A stretch of DNA of 33,157 nt. Source: Fidelibacterota bacterium (GTDB taxonomy: Bacteria; Fidelibacterota; Fidelibacteria; Fidelibacterales; Fidelibacteraceae). The translations under genes were made by a program, and so were the position numbers. The stretch covers positions 1 to 33,157 of the forward strand of contig JAYEOX010000132.1 in NCBI GenBank assembly GCA_034723415.1. Direction: 5' to 3'. The notes under the pieces were generated by a model. That model did not search any database and was not told the origin of the DNA. It saw only the letters and a program-made list of their open reading frames with translations. Positions 9,486-17,138 of the stretch are shown in pieces. How positions within the stretch are numbered: position 1 is the first letter of the stretch; every line of letters begins with the position of its first letter.

Positions 9486-10749
9486 AATATTATCAATAAA
9501 TAAATATAAAAGTAATTCAAACAAATTCACTGGGGCATTTTTAAAAAGCATTTTTAATATGTTTTTATTGTCTATTTTGATCATTTTTATTATTCAGTGT
9601 GCAAAAACTCCATTTGAAAATGAAAATGGATTTTCCGGAGTTATTGTTGATACTTTAGAATTCAATTCAAATATTATTGATTCTGTAAAAAATGCTTCTG
9701 TTGATATTTCTAGTAATGATGCAATTTATAATATGGTTGGTAATTATAAAGATGTTAAAAATAAATTCTCATTAGAATTTTTGAGTTTGAGCTCATTACA
9801 AAGTATTTCTGATACCGAAAAAGTAACGATAAATGATGCAAAAATTAAATTTTATCTACATAAGGATTGGAATAATATTGATAATTCTGTTAGCCTGGAT
9901 GTAAAATGGGTTTCTTCCGATTCTTTGTATTGGTGGAATAATAGTAGCGATCCTGATAGTGTCTGGTCATTAATTTACGATAATTCAACTGAAATTATAA
10001 ATAATTATACATTAGATTTGAGTAGTGATTCTACACTTATGAATATTGATGTTGATATTATTAATGATTGGGTGGCAAGTGCTGACAGTAATAATGGGTT
10101 GATCTTTGAAATGTCTGAACCGGATGCTGAAGAAATGATCTCATTTTATTCTTATGATTACTCAGATGTTTCTCTAATTCCTCAATTAATTCTTGAATGC
10201 GAAATTTCAGATACAAATGATGTTTATTTATTTGATTCTACTTTTACGATTTACTCGACAGCTGATTTGCAATATTCAGAAAACGATTTTGATGTTGAAT
10301 ACGATTCGTTGATTGCTTCGCAAGGCGCAATTTACAGACCTTTAATTACTTTAGACAGTTTAAGAGAAATTGATAACATTGATGAGCGAATGATTATTAA
10401 TTCTGCTGTAGCTACATTAACAATTGATCAATTAAAATCTTCAATAGCTAATGGCGACACATTAAGTTTATATGTTGGATATTTCCAATCGGATTCTTGG
10501 AATGACGAGGATATCCAATATGATTTTGCTACCGGGAAAACAATTGAAAATATTACTAATCTTACAGATACGATAAGTATAAATATTCCTTATGTTATTC
10601 AAAATATAATAGCTACAAAAGATTATGAACAAAATGGTATTTTTATTCAAGTGGATAATGAAAGATATGATTTTAACAGAATATATTTTAATAGAAATGC
10701 CTTTGATTTAAATTTAATTTATACAAATTTTATTAGGGAAAATGAATAA
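9472..10749 (+). CDS. Acidic lipoprotein, DUF4270/BamH-like (tentative)
   Basis: Hydrophobic stretch and lipobox IIQC; very D/N/S-rich beta-type sequence; IINSAVATL motif; lies after the GT5-N gene; TTG start uncertain. Confidence 0.5.
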   Translation: MKKFKILSINKYKSNSNKFTGAFLKSIFNMFLLSILIIFIIQCAKTPFENENGFSGVIVDTLEFNSNIIDSVKNASVDISSNDAIYNMVGNYKDVKNKFSLEFLSLSSLQSISDTEKVTINDAKIKFYLHKDWNNIDNSVSLDVKWVSSDSLYWWNNSSDPDSVWSLIYDNSTEIINNYTLDLSSDSTLMNIDVDIINDWVASADSNNGLIFEMSEPDAEEMISFYSYDYSDVSLIPQLILECEISDTNDVYLFDSTFTIYSTADLQYSENDFDVEYDSLIASQGAIYRPLITLDSLREIDNIDERMIINSAVATLTIDQLKSSIANGDTLSLYVGYFQSDSWNDEDIQYDFATGKTIENITNLTDTISINIPYVIQNIIATKDYEQNGIFIQVDNERYDFNRIYFNRNAFDLNLIYTNFIRENE

Positions 10750-11971
10750 AAAAATAATAACATTAATATTTATTGCACTTTTGGGTGGCAATTTATTTGG
10801 AAGTATTTTTGACACTTATGGTATTGGCAGAGTTGGGATTAATTATTCTGTTGCATCTGCAGGTCGCGGATATACTACAGCTTTATATAACAATAGCTTA
10901 ACAATTAATTTTCAAAATCCGGCAAGCTTAGCAATGACAAAATATGCCGGATTCAATTTAGGAATAAAATCGCATTTTAATAATATTGATCCGTTTGGTT
11001 ACACAGAATCAGCTGTCGATTTTTCTTATGGAACAATAATTTTCCCATTTTCGAAAAAAGGTGGATGTTCAATAGGATTAGTACCAATTGCATCAGCAAA
11101 TTCTACTTATAATATAAGGAACAATAGTGGAGGATATACCGAACAAATTATCAATGATGGGAAGTTATATTCTGCCAATATAAATATTGGATATAAGGTT
11201 TTGCCTTTTTTAGATGTTGGATTTGGTTATGAATTTTTAACAGGTGGTTATAATTTTATTAAAGATATTGATTTTGATGACGAATCTTTACAATCTGCAA
11301 ATTTAACTTCTGATTATGGAATTGATGGAAGACAATTATCAACGGGAGCAGTGTTGTCATATAAAGATAAAATTAATTTTGGTATTAGTTATTCTTTTGT
11401 ATTCAATATGGAACAAAAAATAATAAATATTTATGATGCAACAAATAATTATTACTCTTTAAAAGATACAACTTATTCTGCTGATGATATATTGCCAAAC
11501 AAATTGAATATAGGTGTTACTTATAATATTAATAAGAAATATCGTTTGAACTTAGAATTTTTGACTTATGGGTTTGATAATATAGATGAAGTTAATCCTG
11601 TTTATGAAAATGGTGGTGTTAATAATTACTCACATTTCGGTTTTGGCTTGGAAAAAAGTGGCGGGAATAGTATTTTTGATTCGTTCTTTAAAAAAATGAT
11701 TTTAAGAACCGGATGTTTTTATAATAGTAATTATTATCATAATAGTTCAGATGATGCGGTAATTTCGAAAGGAATAACATTTGGAATTGGTATTCCATAC
11801 AATAAATTTAAAAGTAGAATTGACTTGTCATTTGTTTTGGAACGAAATTCGGGCACAATATATGAACATCAAAGTACTGGGGAACTGAATATTGACGAAA
11901 ATGTTTATCGTTTACAAATATCGTTTTTAACAACTGAAAAATGGTTTAACACTAAGGGAAAATATAGATAA
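10742..11971 (+). CDS. FadL-like outer-membrane beta-barrel, BamG-like (tentative)
   Basis: Signal peptide, YGIG, INFQNPASL, amphipathic strands, C-terminal EKWF plus basic tail. Confidence 0.65.
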   Translation: MNKKIITLIFIALLGGNLFGSIFDTYGIGRVGINYSVASAGRGYTTALYNNSLTINFQNPASLAMTKYAGFNLGIKSHFNNIDPFGYTESAVDFSYGTIIFPFSKKGGCSIGLVPIASANSTYNIRNNSGGYTEQIINDGKLYSANINIGYKVLPFLDVGFGYEFLTGGYNFIKDIDFDDESLQSANLTSDYGIDGRQLSTGAVLSYKDKINFGISYSFVFNMEQKIINIYDATNNYYSLKDTTYSADDILPNKLNIGVTYNINKKYRLNLEFLTYGFDNIDEVNPVYENGGVNNYSHFGFGLEKSGGNSIFDSFFKKMILRTGCFYNSNYYHNSSDDAVISKGITFGIGIPYNKFKSRIDLSFVLERNSGTIYEHQSTGELNIDENVYRLQISFLTTEKWFNTKGKYR

Positions 11972-12000
11972 AATATTTAATTATTAAAGGAGATAGGGAG

Positions 12001-13299
12001 ATGAAGCAAGAATTTTCGAAAAATAGTTTGTTTGTTACAATTGTAATTTCTATTATTATAATCTTTACTTTTGCAACTAATTGTGTGCCACCTTCACAAA
12101 AATCTGCAGATGAAGAGTTAGTAGCAAGAAAAGCAAGACGAGATTCTTTAAGAAAAGTAAATTATCATAGATGTGAATTTGCAATGAGTAATGCTAATCA
12201 ATATAAATTACAAGGACAATGGCAAAAAAGTATTGATAATTATCGTAAAATAATGGAATATGGGTGTACAGAAGATTTTGCAAAAAATTTATTTAAAGAT
12301 ATGGCTCATTGTTATAATAAATTAGGTAAAACGGATTCAGCTATCTGGGCTATTAACGAAGCGTTAGTGTATAGATCTACAGATATATACTTTTTGAAAT
12401 TACTTGCATATTATCATGAAAGAGAAGGTGAGGTATATACTGTTGTTAAGGACTGGGAAAGAATAAATACACTTTTTCCCGGCAATATAGAATATATGTT
12501 CAAACTAGCAGATTATTATTTTAAAATAGGGAAATATACAAAAGAGATAAATTTATTAGAGGAAATATTATCAATTGATCCAGGAAATAAAAAAGCCGAT
12601 CTTGCTATAATATCTGCATACGAAGCTAGTGGCATAGACCCGATTGAAAGGTATAAAACAGTATATATGAAAGATAAATCTAATGTACAAAATGGGTATC
12701 GTTATGGAAAAGCATTATTTGATGCAGCTAATTATGATCAAGCTATTAATGTGTTATCTAAAAGTAAAAGCAACAATCCAAATAACAGAAGTATTATTGA
12801 ATTGCTCGGTAAATGTTATGATTATAAGGGAATGACTGACAAATCTTTAGAAGTTTATACAGAATTAGCTCATAAATGTTCAAATGATTCCAAAATGCTT
12901 ATTAAGGTTGTAGAATTGAATTTGACTTTATCAAATTATAAAAAAGCGTTAGAATATGCAAGTATGGCTATAAAATTACCAGAAAATAAAGGTGGTGCCT
13001 ATAAATCAAGAGGTGATGTTTATTATGCAATTGCCGAAGATTGCTTTTCTAAAAAAGATAAAATAAGCTTTAGTGATAAATTAGTTTTTCATATGGCTTA
13101 TGAAGATTATAAGAACGCTTTGGCAAATGGAAACAGAGTGGTTAAATCCAAATTAAAGCATTTGGAAAAAAATGAACTGATAATTAGCGGTAAAAGTGAT
13201 TATTTCTTGGCACCAAAAACAAGTAAAATATCTTCAAATGAATTTAAACCTGTAGGAGATTGTTATTCTTGGATCAAAAGAACAGTAAAAGTAAAGTAG
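12001..13299 (+). CDS. TPR lipoprotein
   Basis: Lipobox-like ATNC, multiple TPR-like helical repeats, C-terminal [14 protein letters not shown]. Confidence 0.75.
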   Translation: MKQEFSKNSLFVTIVISIIIIFTFATNCVPPSQKSADEELVARKARRDSLRKVNYHRCEFAMSNANQYKLQGQWQKSIDNYRKIMEYGCTEDFAKNLFKDMAHCYNKLGKTDSAIWAINEALVYRSTDIYFLKLLAYYHEREGEVYTVVKDWERINTLFPGNIEYMFKLADYYFKIGKYTKEINLLEEILSIDPGNKKADLAIISAYEASGIDPIERYKTVYMKDKSNVQNGYRYGKALFDAANYDQAINVLSKSKSNNPNNRSIIELLGKCYDYKGMTDKSLEVYTELAHKCSNDSKMLIKVVELNLTLSNYKKALEYASMAIKLPENKGGAYKSRGDVYYAIAEDCFSKKDKISFSDKLVFHMAYEDYKNALANGNRVVKSKLKHLEKNELIISGKSDYFLAPKTSKISSNEFKPVGDCYSWIKRTVKVK

Positions 13300-13733
13300 T
13301 ATTTTTAGGTGCTGACCACGCCGGTTATGATGCTAAAAATTACGCTTTAACTTATATTAAAAGTTTGGGTATTGATGCAATTGATTTGGGGACATTTTCT
13401 GAAGAAAGTATTGATTATCCTGAAATTGCATTTAAAGTCGCTCGCAAAGTTACTGAAAGTAATGATCATTACGGGATTTTATTCTGTGGAACAGGAATCG
13501 GTATGAGTATTTGTGCTAATAAAGTGAAAAATATACGTGCTGCACTATGTACAACTGTATTCCATGTTGAAATGGCAAGGAAACATAATAATGCAAATAT
13601 TTTAGCTATTGGTGGTAGAATTTCTTCAAGAGAGATGATTAAAAAAATGATAGATAAATGGTTTGCTACCGAATTTGAAGGTGGTAGACATCAAAGAAGA
13701 ATAGATAAAATAAAAAAATATTCGGAGTGTTAA
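13269..13733 (+). CDS. rpiB: Ribose 5-phosphate isomerase B
   Basis: [37 protein letters not shown]. Likely TTG start at 13269, about 10 nt after AGGAG at 13254-13258. Confidence 0.95.
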   Translation: MDQKNSKSKVVFLGADHAGYDAKNYALTYIKSLGIDAIDLGTFSEESIDYPEIAFKVARKVTESNDHYGILFCGTGIGMSICANKVKNIRAALCTTVFHVEMARKHNNANILAIGGRISSREMIKKMIDKWFATEFEGGRHQRRIDKIKKYSEC

Positions 13734-13734
13734 A

Positions 13735-15042
13735 ATGTATGAATCATTAAAAAAACAGGATCCTGAATTATTTAAAACTATTAAAAATGAGATATTAAGG
13801 CAAAATGAAACGCTGGAGATGATCGCTTCTGAAAATTTTGTTAGTAGAGCTGTTTTGGAGACAGATTCTAATATAATGACGAATAAATATGCAGAGGGAT
13901 ATCCCGGGAAAAGATATTATGGTGGATGTGTGAATGTTGACGATGCAGAAAATATTGCAAGAGATAGAGCAAAGAAATTGTTTGGAGCAGAATACGCAAA
14001 TGTACAACCACATTCAGGAAGTCAGGCTAATATGGCTGTATATTTTAATTATTTAAAGCCCGGGGACACAGTTTTGGGAATGAATTTATCTCATGGTGGA
14101 CATTTAACTCATGGTAGTCCCGTAAATTTTTCAGGCAAGTTATATAATATTGTTAGTTATGGTGTTTCGAAAAAAACCGGATATATTGATTATGATGACG
14201 TGAGGAAAAAAGCAAAGGAATTCAAACCTAAAATGATAATTGCAGGTGCAAGTGCATATCCTCGTTTTTATGATTTTGAAAAATTTAGGGAAATTGCTGA
14301 CGAAGTTGGAGCATTTTTGATGGCAGATGTTGCTCACCCAGCCGGATTGATCGCTGCCAAACTTCATCCGGATCCAATTCCATATTGTGATGTTGTAACT
14401 ACGACAACTCATAAAACGCTCCGAGGTCCTCGTGGTGGAATGATCTTAATTGGAAAAGATAAAGAAAATCCATTTGGAAAAGTAGCTCGGAAAAGTGGTA
14501 GAGTGAAAATGATGTCAGAATTGATGGATTCTACTGTTATGCCCGGTATTCAAGGCGGTCCTTTGATGCATATTATCGCAGCAAAAGCTGTGGCTTTTGG
14601 AGAGGCGCTAAAACCGGAATTCAAAGAATATAGCAAACAAATTATTAAAAATACTCAGACATTAGTCGAAGAATTACTGTCTTATGATTTTGATTTGGTT
14701 TCTGGTGGAAGTGACAATCATTTAATATTAATTGATCTTCATAATAAAGGTATATCAGGGAAAAAAGCTGAAAAAGGTTTGGAAAAAGCAGGAATTACGG
14801 TTAATAAAAATATGGTTCCGTTTGACGATAGAAGTCCATTTATTACGAGTGGCATTAGAATAGGAACACCAGCTTTAACAACTCGTGGTTTTAAAGAAAA
14901 TGAAATGAAGTTGATTGCCGGTTTTATTAATAAAATTGTTTCTGATCCAAAAAACGAAGAAAATATTTCACAGATAAAGAATGAGATAAGAGAGATTTCA
15001 AAAAGATTTCCATTATATAAAAAACAATTAGAGGAAATATAG
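13735..15042 (+). CDS. glyA: Serine hydroxymethyltransferase
   Basis: [28 protein letters not shown] and [13 protein letters not shown] (PLP lysine). Confidence 0.99.
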   Translation: MYESLKKQDPELFKTIKNEILRQNETLEMIASENFVSRAVLETDSNIMTNKYAEGYPGKRYYGGCVNVDDAENIARDRAKKLFGAEYANVQPHSGSQANMAVYFNYLKPGDTVLGMNLSHGGHLTHGSPVNFSGKLYNIVSYGVSKKTGYIDYDDVRKKAKEFKPKMIIAGASAYPRFYDFEKFREIADEVGAFLMADVAHPAGLIAAKLHPDPIPYCDVVTTTTHKTLRGPRGGMILIGKDKENPFGKVARKSGRVKMMSELMDSTVMPGIQGGPLMHIIAAKAVAFGEALKPEFKEYSKQIIKNTQTLVEELLSYDFDLVSGGSDNHLILIDLHNKGISGKKAEKGLEKAGITVNKNMVPFDDRSPFITSGIRIGTPALTTRGFKENEMKLIAGFINKIVSDPKNEENISQIKNEIREISKRFPLYKKQLEEI

Positions 15043-15498
15043 TTGAATTGTCCAAATTGCGGACATTCGGAAAATAAAGTAATTGATTCGAGACACATTA
15101 TCGGAGATAATGGAATACGTCGTCGAAGAGAATGTATAAAATGTCATAAACGCTTTACTACTTATGAATATATTACTTTAAATAATGTATTTGTAATAAA
15201 GTCAGATGGAAGTAGAGAAGACTTTAATAGAGAAAAATTAATTCAAAGTATAAAATTACCTTGCACAAAAAGGCCAATTTCAATGAATAAAATTATTAGA
15301 ATTGCAAAAGATATTGAGAAAAAATTTGAAAAAGATGGATATGCTGAAGTGAAGTCGTCTCTTATTGGAGAAGAGGTAATTAAACGATTAAAAAAAATTG
15401 ATAAAGTAGCATATATTCGCTTTGCATCGATTTATCATGAATTTAGAGATGTTACGGAATTCAAAAATGAAATTGACAATATAGAAAAAAATAAATAA
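15043..15498 (+). CDS. nrdR: Transcriptional repressor NrdR
   Basis: CPNC...IRRRRECIKC...RFTTYE zinc ribbon, ATP cone, VAYIRFASIY; TTG start. Confidence 0.97.
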   Translation: MNCPNCGHSENKVIDSRHIIGDNGIRRRRECIKCHKRFTTYEYITLNNVFVIKSDGSREDFNREKLIQSIKLPCTKRPISMNKIIRIAKDIEKKFEKDGYAEVKSSLIGEEVIKRLKKIDKVAYIRFASIYHEFRDVTEFKNEIDNIEKNK

Positions 15499-15503
15499 AA
15501 ATA

Positions 15504-15532
15504 TTGACATTAATATTTTTATGTTGTAATAT
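15504..15532 (+). promoter_or_regulatory. Candidate sigma70 promoter for the PorV-family gene
   Basis: TTGACA-17 nt-TAATAT; AT-rich background weakens the call. Confidence 0.4.
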
Positions 15533-15678
15533 TTAATAATTTTAAAGGAGAAAAATATAAAAATTCGTTATTAGGTAGTTTACATTGACAAGAGAGAAGT
15601 TAAGATGAGGAAACTTAAAACGAATTAATTTAAGAACGAGTGTAGATATCGTTCACATTTTATTAGAAGGAGGAAAAA

Positions 15679-16944
15679 ATGAAAAAAATAATATTTATTC
15701 TGGTAATTTCTGTTTTATTATCATTCAATTTTTTATTGGCTCAGGGTGAAGCGAGTGCAATTTTTCTATTAATTGCTCCGGGTTCTCGTGCCGAAGCAAT
15801 GGGCGAAGCACAAGTAGCTAATTCAAATGATGCATATTCATCATATTGGAATCCGGCTGGAATGGCATTTATGCGCAAGAGTGAATTGGGATTAATGCAT
15901 GTTAATTGGCTTAGAAATCTTGGTATTGATGATATGTATTATGATATTTTAACCGGTGGTGTAAAAACATCATTTGGAACATTTGGCGGACATGTTATAT
16001 ATTTAAATCTTGGTGAACAACAGAGAACAGATGAATATGGAAATGATTTAGGAACATTTACAAGTTATTTAACAGCTGCAACAGGATCTTACGGTACAAG
16101 ATTATCTAAAAATTCTGCAATTGGAATAAATGCCAAAGTTGTTTATCAAAAATTGACGGACAAAGGAACAATTCAAGAAGAGGGAAAGGGTGCAGCTTTA
16201 CATTTTGCATTTGATCTTGGATACCAAAAAAGAAAATTATTGGGAGATATTGTTGATTTTGGTGTTGCTATTTCTAATATTGGTCCTAAAGTAACTTTTA
16301 TTGATGAAGATCAAGCAGATCCACAACCGACAAATTTAAAACTTGGATTTAATTTTAATGTAGTTAACAAGAAATATCATAAATGGGCAATTGTTACAGA
16401 TATGAATAAACTTTTAGTCGCAAGTTATCCGTCAATGGATACCGATGGTGATTATTTTATTTCCGAAAATGAAAAGGCATATACCGATCCACTTTATAAA
16501 GCAATTTTTACATCTTGGGTGGATGATTGGAATTATGATGGTGATATTGATTATGATAATGATGGGCTGATCGGTGGATTTACACTAAATGCAATAACCG
16601 ATAAATACGAAAAATTACAAGATACCACTGCTGCAGGTGAGCCTACAGAGCAGTGGGGCGAATATAATGAAAATGGGAAAAAAGAGGTTGGATCAAAAGA
16701 AGACGGTTCATTCAAGAATGAAATAGATAAAATGATATTCAATGTTGGTATGGAATATGTTTATAATAATTTATTTTTTATTCGTGCAGGTTTTGCTTAT
16801 GACAAAGCCGGTGATATAAAAACACCAACTTTAGGTTTTGGAGTTCTTTATCATAATCTTGGATTTGATTTTGGATATACTTCTGCAGAAAAAGGTCATC
16901 CGTTGGCTAACACAATGAGATTTAGTATACGAATGATGTTCTAA
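15679..16944 (+). CDS. PorV/PorQ family outer-membrane beta-barrel
   Basis: FLLIAPGSRAEAMGEA, YWNPAG, NIGPK...DPQPTNLKLG, HPLANTMRFS, terminal F; AAGGAGG RBS. Confidence 0.85.
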   Translation: MKKIIFILVISVLLSFNFLLAQGEASAIFLLIAPGSRAEAMGEAQVANSNDAYSSYWNPAGMAFMRKSELGLMHVNWLRNLGIDDMYYDILTGGVKTSFGTFGGHVIYLNLGEQQRTDEYGNDLGTFTSYLTAATGSYGTRLSKNSAIGINAKVVYQKLTDKGTIQEEGKGAALHFAFDLGYQKRKLLGDIVDFGVAISNIGPKVTFIDEDQADPQPTNLKLGFNFNVVNKKYHKWAIVTDMNKLLVASYPSMDTDGDYFISENEKAYTDPLYKAIFTSWVDDWNYDGDIDYDNDGLIGGFTLNAITDKYEKLQDTTAAGEPTEQWGEYNENGKKEVGSKEDGSFKNEIDKMIFNVGMEYVYNNLFFIRAGFAYDKAGDIKTPTLGFGVLYHNLGFDFGYTSAEKGHPLANTMRFSIRMMF

Positions 16945-17020
16945 TAAAGTTTAATAATTTTTTTCATAACTTGAAAATAAATTTTATATAAGAATATTAA
17001 ATACAATAAATAATAATAAT

Positions 17021-17052
17021 GTTTAGGAGTTTAGAGGTTTAGAAGTTTAGGA
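17021..17052. repeat. Imperfect 8-nt tandem repeat x4 (GTTTAGRR)
   Basis: gtttagga gtttagag gtttagaa gtttagga. Confidence 0.8.
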
Positions 17053-17138
17053 GTAAGTGGCTTATAATATTATTTATTAAGTAGTATATAACAGTATATG
17101 ATGCAAGATTTAATAAAACTTCTCAAAATAAATATAAA

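Noticed and set aside
15499..15678. NrdR box near nrdR
   Set aside because: No match to the acaCwAtATaTwGtgt-type palindrome found by eye
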